From contig JAHCIE010000003.1 of assembly GCA_026129385.1 (NCBI GenBank), positions 1 through 28,610 on the forward strand: a stretch of DNA of 28,610 bases, given 5' to 3'. The stretch is from Anaerolineae bacterium. Lineage in GTDB: Bacteria > Chloroflexota > Anaerolineae > Epilineales > JAHCIE01. Each line of letters begins with the position of its first letter. The first letter of the stretch is position 1. The notes beneath the pieces were generated by a model that searched no databases, was not told the DNA's origin, and saw only the letters and a program-made list of their open reading frames with translations. The translations under genes were made by a program, and so were the position numbers. Shown in pieces: positions 1-8,821 of the stretch.

Positions 1-1881
1 GCCGCCCCCCCCACGGCCGTGCGCGAGGCCGCCTGGCAATTGATGATCAACACTCGCCGCGCCTACCAGGCCTTGTTGCCTTCGCTGAATGCCGCTGGCA
101 TCCACATCCTCACCTACGCTGAGCTGAATGAGGAGCAACGTATCGCCGCCGACGCCTTCTTCCAGGAGATCGTCTTCCCGGTCCTCACCCCGCTGGCGAA
201 CGACCCCGGCCGCCCCTTCCCCCACATCTCCAACATGAGCTTGAGCCTGGCCATCATGATTCGCGACCAGGCGGGGGTGGAACGCTTCGCTCGCGTTAAG
301 GTCCCCAACACCCTGCCGCGCCTGCTAGAAGTCCCCGCCCTGGACCCCAGCCCTACCCAGCATACCTTCGTGTGGCTGGAGCAAGTCATCGCCGCTAACC
401 TCGGCATGCTCTTCCCGGGCATGGAGGTCGTCGAGTCTCACCCCTTCCGCATTACCCGCGACGCGGAGATGGTCATCCAGGAGTTGGAGGCGGAGGACTT
501 GCTGGATACCGTGGAGCGTGGCGTCCGCCAGCGGCGCTTCGGCTCGGTAGTTCGCGTGACCGTCGACCCTTTCATGCCGCGCTACGTCCGCGAGATTCTG
601 GTCGAGAACATGGACCTCGACCCCGGCGATATCTACACTCTGGACCCACCGCTGGGCATGAGTGACCTGATGGCGCTGGCCCGCGTCGACCGCCCCGACC
701 TGAAGTTCCAGCCGTTTACCCCGGCCGTTCCGCCAGTCGTCCAGGACGAGGCCGACATCTTCACCGCCATTCGGCAGCAGGACATCATGCTCCACCACCC
801 CTACGATTCCTTCGAGCCGGTGGTCGAACTGATCGACACAGCGGCCCATGACCCCAACGTGTTGGCCATCAAGATGACCCTCTATCGAGTGGGGCGGAAT
901 GCGGCTGTCGTACGCGCGCTGCTCGATGCGGCGCGCAACGGCAAGCAGGTCGCCGTGTTAGTGGAACTGAAGGCTCGCTTCGACGAGGAGAGCAACATTG
1001 AGTGGGCGCGACAACTGGAGAGTGAGGGCGTCCACGTCATCTACGGGCTGGTCGGCCTCAAGACCCACTCGAAGATTGCCCTGGTGGTGCGCAAGGAAGG
1101 CGACCATCTGCGCCGCTACATCCATCTCTCGACAGGCAACTATAACGCCGTCACCGCCCAACTCTACACCGATCTGGGCCTGCTGACGGATGACGAGGCG
1201 ATGGGGGCCGACGCGTCCGACCTCTTCAACTATCTGACCGGCTACTCGGCCAAGCGCGACTATTGCCGCTTCGTCGTCGCCCCCGTCAACATGCGTCCCC
1301 AACTCACCACTCTCATCGAGCGCGAGATTCAGCGCCAGCAGGAGGGCCAGGTGGGGCATCTCATCTTCAAGACCAACTCCCTCGTCGACAAGCAGATGAT
1401 CAACCTCCTCTACCGCGCCTCCCAGGCGGGCGTCAAGGTCGATTTGCTGGTGCGCGGCATGTGCTCCCTGCGGCCCGGCGTGCCCGGTCTCAGCGACAAC
1501 ATTCGCGTCCTCAGCATCCTGGGCCGCTTCCTGGAGCATAGCCGCATCTACTACTTCAGCAATGGCGGCCAGGAGGAAGTTTACCTCGGCAGCGCCGACG
1601 TGCGCACCCGCAACCTCGACCGCCGCGTCGAAATCCTGTTCCCCATTCGCGATACGGCCAACGTGCGTTACCTGCGCGATGTGGTGTTGGCGGCGTACCT
1701 GGCGGACACCGCCAAGGCGCGCCTGATGCAGCCCGACGCAACCTACACCCGGCGACTACCCGCCCCTGGCGAGACCGAGTTCAACGCCCAGGAATGGTTC
1801 ATCCAGACTCGCGATTGGCGCAACCAGGATAGCCTGCCCGCCCCGCCCGTCGCATCGTCGCCGCCTGCCCCAGCGGACTAG
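1..1881 (+). CDS. ppk1: Polyphosphate kinase 1, 5'-truncated by the window edge
   Basis: The frame is open from nt 1; the track ORF 19..1881 begins at an internal GTG. The translation carries the PPK1 phosphohistidine motif LKTHSKIALVVRKEG, the N-domain segment FFQEIVFPVLTPLANDPGRPFPHISN, and two PLD-like C-domains (FKTNSLVD, RFLEHSRIYYF). TAG stop at 1879-1881. Confidence 0.9.
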   Translation, partial: AAPPTAVREAAWQLMINTRRAYQALLPSLNAAGIHILTYAELNEEQRIAADAFFQEIVFPVLTPLANDPGRPFPHISNMSLSLAIMIRDQAGVERFARVKVPNTLPRLLEVPALDPSPTQHTFVWLEQVIAANLGMLFPGMEVVESHPFRITRDAEMVIQELEAEDLLDTVERGVRQRRFGSVVRVTVDPFMPRYVREILVENMDLDPGDIYTLDPPLGMSDLMALARVDRPDLKFQPFTPAVPPVVQDEADIFTAIRQQDIMLHHPYDSFEPVVELIDTAAHDPNVLAIKMTLYRVGRNAAVVRALLDAARNGKQVAVLVELKARFDEESNIEWARQLESEGVHVIYGLVGLKTHSKIALVVRKEGDHLRRYIHLSTGNYNAVTAQLYTDLGLLTDDEAMGADASDLFNYLTGYSAKRDYCRFVVAPVNMRPQLTTLIEREIQRQQEGQVGHLIFKTNSLVDKQMINLLYRASQAGVKVDLLVRGMCSLRPGVPGLSDNIRVLSILGRFLEHSRIYYFSNGGQEEVYLGSADVRTRNLDRRVEILFPIRDTANVRYLRDVVLAAYLADTAKARLMQPDATYTRRLPAPGETEFNAQEWFIQTRDWRNQDSLPAPPVASSPPAPAD

Positions 1882-1896
1882 GCAGAGGCTCGCCAG

Positions 1897-1936
1897 GCAA
1901 GAAGGCGGGGCGTCACGAGGACGCCCCGCCTCTTGC
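1897..1936. terminator. GC-rich stem-loop between convergent genes; candidate bidirectional terminator
   Basis: gcaagaaggcggggcgtc / acgag loop / gacgccccgcctcttgc forms a ~17-bp stem with one bulge. It starts 16 nt after the ppk1 stop and lies 108 nt beyond the 3' end of the minus-strand gene ending at 2044. There is no strong U-tract. Confidence 0.45.
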
Positions 1937-2043
1937 TGTGCTCGCCAATTGCGTCAGGTCGGGCCGACGGATCGTTGGGCGCGCTGCCCTTGAGCGTATC
2001 CGGTTTCCGATCCAGCGCGTCGGGCGTTATGTCGCGAATGGCG

Positions 2044-2763
2044 TCAGCTGGGCTTGGCGTCGCTACCAGCCGACGGTTGGCCCGCCTTGCCCGCCTGAGC
2101 GGACGCGGCCGAAGCAGCCAGGACAGCCTTTGACGCCGTCTGCTGCGCGGCCTGGAGCTGGGCTTGCGCGCGCGCAGCGTCGCGCCGTCGCAGGAGGGCG
2201 ATCAGCATCAGGATCACGCCACCAATGATAAGCACCCAGGTAATGATAGCGCTGGCGGTGCTGATCACGGTTGGCCCCTGGAACAACACGTATAGGGCAG
2301 CCACACCGACCAGGCCGAAGACAATGCTATCCAGGGTGATGCCCACCCGACCACCTCGACCGACGCCGATCAACATGGGAATGCCCAGGATACCCCAGAT
2401 AATACCGGCCAGACCGAGGATGACCAGACCCACGTTGACGACCAAGATGCCGAAGTAGAACATCAGGAAGAATAGGGCCGCCGCGAACACGGCAATGCCG
2501 CCCCGCGCGGCGGCCCACTGGTCGATGTTCTCTTCAAACTTGTGGCGAAACAGCCACCAGAATTGCATGAGGCCCCACAGGCCCAGCGCTGCGACACCAA
2601 ACATACCGGCGTTTCTCGCGCTCTCGGAAGGAAAGAGCAGCACCAGGAACCCCGCACCGATGGCCAACAGCCCTTCGACCAGCAGCCCCCACCAGGGCAA
2701 GCCCCCAGCCCAGGGAGCCAGCGACCTGGCTTGCTCTTGGGCTTTGTCGGAAAGACTGGACAT
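2044..2763 (-). CDS. DUF308/HdeD-like polytopic membrane protein
   Basis: Six or so hydrophobic helices with repeated G/A-rich segments (LLAIGAGFLVLLFP, GLVILGLAGIIWGILG) and a charged Ala/Gln-rich tail. The start is moved from the track ATG at 2778 to the ATG at 2763, because GGAGGT lies 7 nt upstream of it on the minus strand. Family assignment is from motif recall only. Confidence 0.6.
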   Translation of the reverse strand: MSSLSDKAQEQARSLAPWAGGLPWWGLLVEGLLAIGAGFLVLLFPSESARNAGMFGVAALGLWGLMQFWWLFRHKFEENIDQWAAARGGIAVFAAALFFLMFYFGILVVNVGLVILGLAGIIWGILGIPMLIGVGRGGRVGITLDSIVFGLVGVAALYVLFQGPTVISTASAIITWVLIIGGVILMLIALLRRRDAARAQAQLQAAQQTASKAVLAASAASAQAGKAGQPSAGSDAKPS

Positions 2764-2804
2764 GATAGATACCTCCATAGCAGATTGGCTGATTGTATTG
2801 GGGG

Positions 2805-3905
2805 CTAAGCCGCGCTCTCCTCCGCCGTCGGCGGCACGGCCTCGGGCGCTATGCAGACTGACAAGAGGGGCAGGCCCACGCCGTGCAGCTCATTGAGCGC
2901 CGTGATGAGATCGTTCTGGTAAGCAGCCTCCAGCACGAGAGTCGTCACGGGCCGCCCATCTGCATCATAGCCAATGGCGACTTCGATCACATGGGGGAGC
3001 GACAGCCAATCGGGCGACAGGTGCGACTCGACGCTGACGCGATAGGAATGCGGTGAGGAGGTAATCAAAATATTCTCGCTGCGGCGGGTAGCTGCCTCGC
3101 GGCCCAGGCCATCAATAGCGTGTTCTCCCGCAGTGTAGCAAAAACCAGCAAGCGTGTCTAGTCCCTTCTGCCTGCCGTCATGTACCACTTTGTACCAGCA
3201 GGGAATGGCTGGCGGCCCGCAACGACAGACCATCGTGCCTGGGCCGACAGAGAGTCGGGCGCGCTTCCTGACCCCGGGCCGGGCATCAGGAAGCGCGTAC
3301 TCCACGAGGCACGACGCGGCGGCCATGTCGGCGGCGGCCATGTCGGCGGCGCGCTCCGGGCGCGCCCGGCGGGCCGCGGACAATTTCCAGCCCCGGCCCG
3401 GCGGCGAAGCGACGGATGCGAGGTTGAACGTACCATGCATAGGGTCGGCAACGGGACGAGCTTCTTTGATCAGGCGCATCGCCTCGTTTGCCGATCGGCC
3501 TTCGGCGATGAGGATGCAGGCCGCGACGGCGACGCTACGATGCACCCTGCGCGGCAGTGCACCAGATCGGGCCGCCCCGCAGCCACCTCCTGGCTGCGCG
3601 GCCTGTACGCCGCGAGCCAGCACCGAGAGCGGCAGCGGGAGCAGGGGCGAGTCGGGCCAGGTCAGGCGCACGACATGAAACGGACCGCGATAATAGACGG
3701 ATGGCGGGCGTTGGAGGCTAAGGGAGATGATCAACCGCACCCGTAACGCCGCCAATGTAGCGGCCTGCTCGGGGCGTGGCAGCGCCCCAACATACAGCCT
3801 CTCGGTCACGCGCGAGATCAGCGGCGCCCGCCACACGTCCGGCGAACTATCAGCGGTGGGCAGCGACGCGGGGGAGACCGCCGTCGAGGGCCGCCATCGC
3901 CTCAC
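2805..3905 (-). CDS. Dual-specificity-phosphatase-like protein fused to an Arg/Ala-rich linker and a ~80-aa C-terminal domain of unknown function; catalytic P-loop scrambled in this frame
   Basis: N-terminal RLYVGALP ... VHRSVAVAACILIAEGRSANEAMRLIKEARP resembles the DSP/PTP fold, but HCxxG is absent in-frame (see finding at 3535-3575). The C-terminal SYRVSVESHLSPDW...DGRPVTTLVLEAAYQNDLITALNELHGVGLPLLSV resembles small stand-alone proteins common in high-GC Gram-positives and Chloroflexi. The GTG start overlaps the upstream gene's TGA (GTGA). The start, and whether this is one gene, are both uncertain. Confidence 0.5.
   Translation of the reverse strand: MRRWRPSTAVSPASLPTADSSPDVWRAPLISRVTERLYVGALPRPEQAATLAALRVRLIISLSLQRPPSVYYRGPFHVVRLTWPDSPLLPLPLSVLARGVQAAQPGGGCGAARSGALPRRVHRSVAVAACILIAEGRSANEAMRLIKEARPVADPMHGTFNLASVASPPGRGWKLSAARRARPERAADMAAADMAAASCLVEYALPDARPGVRKRARLSVGPGTMVCRCGPPAIPCWYKVVHDGRQKGLDTLAGFCYTAGEHAIDGLGREAATRRSENILITSSPHSYRVSVESHLSPDWLSLPHVIEVAIGYDADGRPVTTLVLEAAYQNDLITALNELHGVGLPLLSVCIAPEAVPPTAEESAA
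3316..3351. repeat. In-frame 15-bp tandem duplication (2.4 copies of gcggcggccatgtcg)
   Basis: Exact copies at 3316-3330 and 3331-3345, plus a 6-nt partial copy. It encodes the ADMAA ADMAA repeat in the linker of the minus-strand ORF. Confidence 0.95.
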
Positions 3906-4624
3906 GGCGCTTTGAACCGAATCTGCCAGTGGCTGCCGTCACAGAAGGGCTTATTCTGCGACTGGCCGCAACGACACAGCAGCTGGCGGTTGCGCACCTC
4001 ATAGGTGAAGCCATCGGGGCCGGTCACGGGAATGCCGCCCAGCACCCAGTAGGCGCCATTGACGATGGTGGCAATGGTCGGCTCGTAGGGCAGCTCCACC
4101 GCCCCCTGGGCGCGCTCGATGAGGTATTGGAGGCGACCGCTGGGGCAGAGTTGAATTTGAGCCTTGAGCCGTTCGCGCACTTCGGGATCGTCCGTCTGCT
4201 GGATCTCATGCCACACACTGCCGAAGCGATCGCAGAAGGCATAGCCGGCGCACAGCGTCTCGTCGTCGGTCATGGTCATCCCGACGCCCTCGAACTCCTG
4301 GCGTCGGCTGTCGGTCGGCGCGTGGTCGGCCGTCAGTGTACCATCCCATTCGATAGTCTTGTGGGTGCTATCGCAGAAGGGCTTGTTGGACGAGTGGCCG
4401 CAGCGGCATAGCAGATACGTCGAGCGCTTCACCTCCCAATCTGGCCCCGCTTGCCAGGTGACGGCTTCTCCCTCGGCGTTGAGGACGCGAAGCCGCTGGG
4501 TCAATCGAGGGCCGCCGGTAACTACATACGGGCCTTGTTCCTGTATCTTGATGTGGGGATGCGGAGCCTGGTCGGCAGCCGAATGTTCAGCAGGGCCAGG
4601 TGAAGGGGCAGCTTGGTCGGGCAT
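3902..4624 (-). CDS. CDGSH iron-sulfur domain protein (two CDGSH motifs flanking a ferredoxin-like Cys cluster)
   Basis: CRCGHSSNKPFCDSTH and CRCGQSQNKPFCDGSH match the C-x-C-x2-S-x3-P-x-C-D-G-S-H signature. The central region has CAGYAFCDRFG...LCPSGRL. GGAAAGGAAG Shine-Dalgarno lies upstream of the ATG at 4624. Confidence 0.85.
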   Translation of the reverse strand: MPDQAAPSPGPAEHSAADQAPHPHIKIQEQGPYVVTGGPRLTQRLRVLNAEGEAVTWQAGPDWEVKRSTYLLCRCGHSSNKPFCDSTHKTIEWDGTLTADHAPTDSRRQEFEGVGMTMTDDETLCAGYAFCDRFGSVWHEIQQTDDPEVRERLKAQIQLCPSGRLQYLIERAQGAVELPYEPTIATIVNGAYWVLGGIPVTGPDGFTYEVRNRQLLCRCGQSQNKPFCDGSHWQIRFKAP

Positions 4625-4913
4625 GCATAGCTTCCTTTCCAGGCGAGTAGAGCCTGCGCAGTCGATGCGCCGCAGGTCTGCGAAGACAAGGGTGACAGCA
4701 TCGGTGGACGGCCTACTATAGCTTCAGCCGCTGCGAACGTCAACCCGGTTATTCGGAGCCTCATTGGGCATCTGAAAGGTGGGCGGGCCATGAGTGACAG
4801 GACACGACTCACCCTACCCGTCCTTCAATGCCGCCGTGGCATTTGCCCGCGCGAGTCACCTCGAGTAGACTTTGGCCCCGCACCCAGTGAGCATAGACGA
4901 GGAGGCTGCGCCC

Positions 4914-5837
4914 ATGTGCCTGGACGGTAACAACCATCCCCCTATCGCCTATGTCATCGATGAGTACGAGCACGGTGCGATTGGTCGCCGCGAGTTCCTG
5001 CGTCGCGCCACCGCCCTGGTCGGGGCGGCTGGTGCGGCCGCCCTGCTGGCGGCCTGCTCGCCCCCGGCAATGACATCGCCGGGGGGCGGCGCGCAGCCAA
5101 CGGTCCCGCCCTTCGGGACCGTGCCCGCCGACGCCAATACCATCCAGACCGAGACCGTAACCTTCCCAAGTGAAGGCGGCGCCCAGGTCAAAGGCTACCT
5201 GGCGCGACCCAGCGGCCCCGGCCCCCATCCGGCCGTCATCGTCATCCACGAGAATCGCGGCCTCACACCCCACCAACAGGACCTGGCGCGGCGCTATGCC
5301 AGTGCGGGCTTTGTCGCGCTGGCCGTCGACCTGCTCAGCCGCCAGGGTGGCACGGACCAGTTTGCCTCGACCCAGGAGGCCACGGCCGCCATCGGTCGCG
5401 TGACCGATGAGCAGGCCACCGCCGACCTCAACGCCGCCGTCACCTACCTCAAGGGCCACGACGCCGTCAAGGGGCAGAAGATCGGCGTGACGGGTCACTG
5501 TTGGGGTGGAGCGCGCACCATCCTGCTCGCCCTGCGCAACCCCGATATCGCCGCCGCCGTGCCCTACTACGGCAGCAGCCCCCAAAACCTGGACGAGGTC
5601 AGCAATCTCAAGGGAGCGTTGTTGGGTATCTACGCCGGCAACGACCAGCGCATCAACGCTGGTGTGCCGCCCTTCGAGGAGAAGCTCAAAGCAGCAGGCA
5701 AGACCTACGAGATCAAGACCTACGATGGCGCGAATCACGCCTTCTTCAACGACACGGGCGCTAGCTTCAAGGTTGATGCGGCCCAGGATGCCTGGGCGCG
5801 CACCATCGCCTGGTTCAACAAATACCTGCGGGGCTGA
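4914..5837 (+). CDS. Dienelactone hydrolase family protein, Tat-signal lipoprotein
   Basis: GYLARPSGPGPHPAVIVIHENRGL and the nucleophile motif GVTGHCWGG are typical of the DLH family. The N-terminus has the twin-arginine motif GRREFLRRA followed by the lipobox-like LLAAC. The start is set at ATG 4914, with GAGGAGG 8 nt upstream, rather than the track TTG at 4872. Confidence 0.85.
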   Translation: MCLDGNNHPPIAYVIDEYEHGAIGRREFLRRATALVGAAGAAALLAACSPPAMTSPGGGAQPTVPPFGTVPADANTIQTETVTFPSEGGAQVKGYLARPSGPGPHPAVIVIHENRGLTPHQQDLARRYASAGFVALAVDLLSRQGGTDQFASTQEATAAIGRVTDEQATADLNAAVTYLKGHDAVKGQKIGVTGHCWGGARTILLALRNPDIAAAVPYYGSSPQNLDEVSNLKGALLGIYAGNDQRINAGVPPFEEKLKAAGKTYEIKTYDGANHAFFNDTGASFKVDAAQDAWARTIAWFNKYLRG

Positions 5838-5844
5838 GATCCTG

Positions 5845-6468
5845 ATGGACGACTTCCTATCGATGTTCCCACCCAAGCTAGCGCGACGGATGCACGCCGC
5901 GGGCGTGACAGGCCCATCCAGCCTGCTTGAGATTCTGCAAGAGAATGAGGCCCTGGACCGGGAGTTCACTCGCTACGTACAGAAACACCCCGATGTGGTG
6001 CTGACCCTGACCCTGGGCGCGCTGCTGGAGCAATTCCTGCTGGCCGAAACGCCAGCGGAACTGCTCGCGGTCTACCTGGCCGCACCGCCCGAGGTCCGCC
6101 CGATCTTCCCGATGGCTATCGCGGAGGTAGCGGACGCCCTCGAAGCGGAGGGACATGATGACGAGGCCGAGGCGATGCGCGACCGCCTCGACGAGTTGGA
6201 CAGCTTGATCGCGGCCCTTGACGACCCACTGATTGCCGCCGTCGGCAAGTTCTTGAGCGCGCCCAACGAAGCGGCGGCGCGGGCGGTCTACCGACGCCGC
6301 CATCGGGTCTTGCAGACGATTCAGGCTCAGCGGGCGCTCGACGGCGACGCGGCGATGGCGATAGCGCCGGTCCCAGAGCAACTCGAGGCGCGGCGAGAGC
6401 TGCTGCGCGAGCTACGCGCCGCTGGCTCGCCCCACGCGCCGCGCCACCGCCTCAGAGGAAATCGCTAA
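5845..6468 (+). CDS. Hypothetical acidic all-helical protein
   Basis: The track ORF 5506..6468 overlaps the DLH gene out of frame. The in-frame ATG at 5845 lies 7 nt after the DLH stop, and from there the composition becomes protein-like (E/D/L-rich, G/C-ending codons). I recognise no family. Confidence 0.6.
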   Translation: MDDFLSMFPPKLARRMHAAGVTGPSSLLEILQENEALDREFTRYVQKHPDVVLTLTLGALLEQFLLAETPAELLAVYLAAPPEVRPIFPMAIAEVADALEAEGHDDEAEAMRDRLDELDSLIAALDDPLIAAVGKFLSAPNEAAARAVYRRRHRVLQTIQAQRALDGDAAMAIAPVPEQLEARRELLRELRAAGSPHAPRHRLRGNR

Positions 6469-6480
6469 CAACGCAGGTAT

Positions 6481-6509
6481 TTGCGCTTCTCGTTAGCCTC
6501 CTGTACAGT
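6481..6509 (+). promoter_or_regulatory. Candidate sigma-70-type promoter for the GH130/manA pair
   Basis: TTGCGC (6481-6486), a 17-nt spacer, then TACAGT (6504-6509), about 90 nt upstream of the GH130 start. This is a pattern match only. Confidence 0.3.
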
Positions 6510-6597
6510 TCTGATAAAGCGACCCTGTGGCGCGTCACCCTGTTCCCCTGCCGTGCGCAGCGTCGCCACGCCTGAGCCAGGTTCAAGGAGAACTGTC

Positions 6598-7614
6598 ATG
6601 GCTTCAACGCGCCCCCTCCGCCCCACCTCGACCGCGACCATCGTCGGCGACGCCCTACCCACTATCCCCTGGCAGGATCGCCCTGCTGGTAGCCATGACG
6701 TCGTCTGGCGCTATAGCGCCAACCCCATCATCCCCCGCGATGCTACCCCGACCTCCAACAGCATTTTCAACAGCGCCGTTGTGCCCTTCAAGGGCGGCTT
6801 CGCCGGTGTCTTCCGCTGCGACGACCGGGCGCGCATTATGAACGTGCATCGCGGCTTTAGCCCCGACGCGATCCATTGGACGATTGAAGCTGACCCAATC
6901 ACCTTTATCAATGAAGACCCTGAAGTCACAACCTTCGTTCACCGCTATGACCCGCGCGTGACGTGGCTCGAAGACCGCTACTACGTGACGTGGTGCAACG
7001 GCTACCACGGCCCTACCATCGGCGTTGGCTACACCCACGACTTCGAGACCTTCTACCAGTTGGAGAACGCCTTCCTGCCCTTCAACCGCAACGGGGTGCT
7101 CTTCCCACGCAAGATTGGCGGCAAGTACGCCATGCTCAACCGCCCCAGCGACAACGGCCACACCCCCTTCGGCGACATCTTCTACAGCGAGAGTCCCGAC
7201 ATGGAGCACTGGGGCAGGCATCGCTGGGTGATGGGAACCAAGACCTGGACCTGGCAGGGCACCAAGATCGGCGCTGGCCCCATCCCCATCGAGACAACCG
7301 AGGGCTGGCTGCTCTTCTACCACGGCGTGCTGACCAGCTGCAACGGCTACGTCTACAGCTTCGGCGCGGCGCTGCTCGACCTCGATCAGCCGTGGAAGGT
7401 CATCTACCGCACCAGGCCCTACCTTCTCTCGCCCCAGACCCTCTACGAGTGCGTCGGCGACGTGCCCAACGTCGCCTTCCCGTGCGCGGCCCTCGCCGAT
7501 GCGCCGACGGGTCGCATCGCCATCTACTACGGCTGCGCCGACACCGTCACCGGCCTCGCCTTCTGCCAGGTTGACGAGGTCATCGACTTCATGAAGGCCA
7601 ACTCCGAGGTTTAG
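6598..7614 (+). CDS. Glycoside hydrolase family 130 beta-mannoside phosphorylase
   Basis: [25 protein letters not shown]...[23 protein letters not shown]...[20 protein letters not shown] are GH130 hallmarks. The start is set at ATG 6598, with AAGGAG 6-11 nt upstream. Confidence 0.85.
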   Translation: MASTRPLRPTSTATIVGDALPTIPWQDRPAGSHDVVWRYSANPIIPRDATPTSNSIFNSAVVPFKGGFAGVFRCDDRARIMNVHRGFSPDAIHWTIEADPITFINEDPEVTTFVHRYDPRVTWLEDRYYVTWCNGYHGPTIGVGYTHDFETFYQLENAFLPFNRNGVLFPRKIGGKYAMLNRPSDNGHTPFGDIFYSESPDMEHWGRHRWVMGTKTWTWQGTKIGAGPIPIETTEGWLLFYHGVLTSCNGYVYSFGAALLDLDQPWKVIYRTRPYLLSPQTLYECVGDVPNVAFPCAALADAPTGRIAIYYGCADTVTGLAFCQVDEVIDFMKANSEV

Positions 7615-7631
7615 AGGGCAAGCGAGCGGCC

Positions 7632-8582
7632 ATGCCTGAACTACCTGGCGCGCTGCGCCTGCACTCCGAGTACCGCGACTACGTATGGGGCGGTCGCGAG
7701 CGGCTACGGCCCGGCCAGCTGACGGCCGAGGCGTGGGTCGTCTATGAGAACGACCGCATCGACGGCGGCCCCCTGGCGGGGCGAACCCTGGGCGAGGTGG
7801 CGGCCGAGCAGGGTGCGGCATTGCTCGGCCGCCGCGCCGTTACCCGTACCGGATCCCGCTTTCCCCTGCTCATCAAGCTGCTTGACTGCGAACAGTGGCT
7901 CTCCCTCCAGGTACATCCCAACGACGAGCAGGCGGTGCGACTGGCCGGTAAGGGCCACTTCGGCAAGACCGAGGCCTGGCACATCCTGGCCGCTGACCCC
8001 GGCGCGACGCTCATCGCCGGCATTCGCCCCGGCACGACCCAGGCCGCACTGGCGGCGGCGATTCGCGACGGCCGCGTCATCGACCTGGCCGAGCCACTTG
8101 CGGTCAACCCTGGTGACACCGTGGTAATGCGGGCGGGCACGCTCCACGCCCTGGGGCCCGGTCTGTTCGTCTACGAAGTCCAGCAGACTTCCGATCTGAC
8201 CTACCGCGTCTACGACTGGGGCCGCCCGCAGACCGCCGCCCGTGGCCTGCACCTCGACCAGTCCATCGCCGTCACCGACCCGGCAGCCCTGGCGAGCGCC
8301 ACGCCCGCCCCCGGCCTGGGTGACGGGGAGTGCGGCGTTCTGTGCCACACTGAGTATTTCACGCTGACAATGCTCCATAGCCAGGGACGCGCCTGCGACC
8401 TGGACACGGCGGGGGAGACTTTTCATGCCCTCACGGTCATCGACGGCACGGCGCAGTTGATCATCGGCGGCATGGAGGTAGGCGCGCTCGGCGAGTACGC
8501 CAGCGTCGTCATTCCTGCCGCCACCGGCGCGTATCGACTCGAACCGGCGCCGGCGTTCCGCGCGCTCAAGGCGAGCGTGTAG
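7632..8582 (+). CDS. manA: Mannose-6-phosphate isomerase, type I (short Bacillus-type form)
   Basis: YVWGG, FPLLIKLLDCEQWLSLQVHPND and GKTEAWHILAADPGATLIAG are cupin metal-site motifs of class I PMI. The length of about 316 aa fits. Confidence 0.85.
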   Translation: MPELPGALRLHSEYRDYVWGGRERLRPGQLTAEAWVVYENDRIDGGPLAGRTLGEVAAEQGAALLGRRAVTRTGSRFPLLIKLLDCEQWLSLQVHPNDEQAVRLAGKGHFGKTEAWHILAADPGATLIAGIRPGTTQAALAAAIRDGRVIDLAEPLAVNPGDTVVMRAGTLHALGPGLFVYEVQQTSDLTYRVYDWGRPQTAARGLHLDQSIAVTDPAALASATPAPGLGDGECGVLCHTEYFTLTMLHSQGRACDLDTAGETFHALTVIDGTAQLIIGGMEVGALGEYASVVIPAATGAYRLEPAPAFRALKASV

Positions 8583-8606
8583 CGCCCCCAGAACAACGCA
8601 CTTCCC

Positions 8607-8639
8607 GGCGCGCGGCGGATGCGACATCCGCCGCGCGCC
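8607..8639 (+). terminator. Perfect 15-bp GC-rich hairpin after manA
   Basis: ggcgcgcggcggatg / cga / catccgccgcgcgcc, 25 nt after the manA stop. Only TT follows, so the U-tract is weak, as is common in high-GC genomes. Confidence 0.55.
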
Positions 8640-8821
8640 TTGCGTCGGGCCAGCCGCTATTCCGTGGCGCTATCCCCGTCGCACCCAGGCATCGAGGCCC
8701 CTCGGTGACCAAAGCAAGGTGTCGGCGCTCGCGACACGACCCTCTCTGATCGCTTCGAGGTCCTCCGCCGGGCACGTCAGACAAGTTCCAAGAAACCTGG
8801 CACGACGAAGGCAAGGCGGGC

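Noticed and set aside
4790-4870. 26-codon ORF (MSDRTRLTLPVLQCRRGICPRESPRV) with an AAGGTGG-like site upstream, in the divergent promoter region.
   Set aside because: It is too short and Arg-rich to support without conservation or expression data.
5506-5844. N-terminal 113 codons of track ORF 5506..6468.
   Set aside because: They overlap the dienelactone hydrolase gene out of frame and translate to Pro/Ser/Thr/Arg junk. Protein-like sequence begins at the in-frame ATG at 5845, just after the DLH stop.
4809-5969. 386-aa minus-strand ORF, one of several long antisense ORFs. The others are 958..1539, 6655..7821, 7704..8627, 22760..23791, 23539..24798 and 25574..26785.
   Set aside because: Each lies antisense to a gene with clear family motifs. 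All have the Arg/Gly/Ala/Pro-rich, motif-free composition typical of shadow ORFs in high-GC DNA.
6598-8582. The GH130 + manA pair as a possible novel mannan utilisation locus.
   Set aside because: This is a standard two-enzyme combination (mannoside phosphorolysis feeding mannose-6-P isomerisation). No transporter, regulator or additional hydrolases are adjacent, and nothing unusual shows in the sequence.
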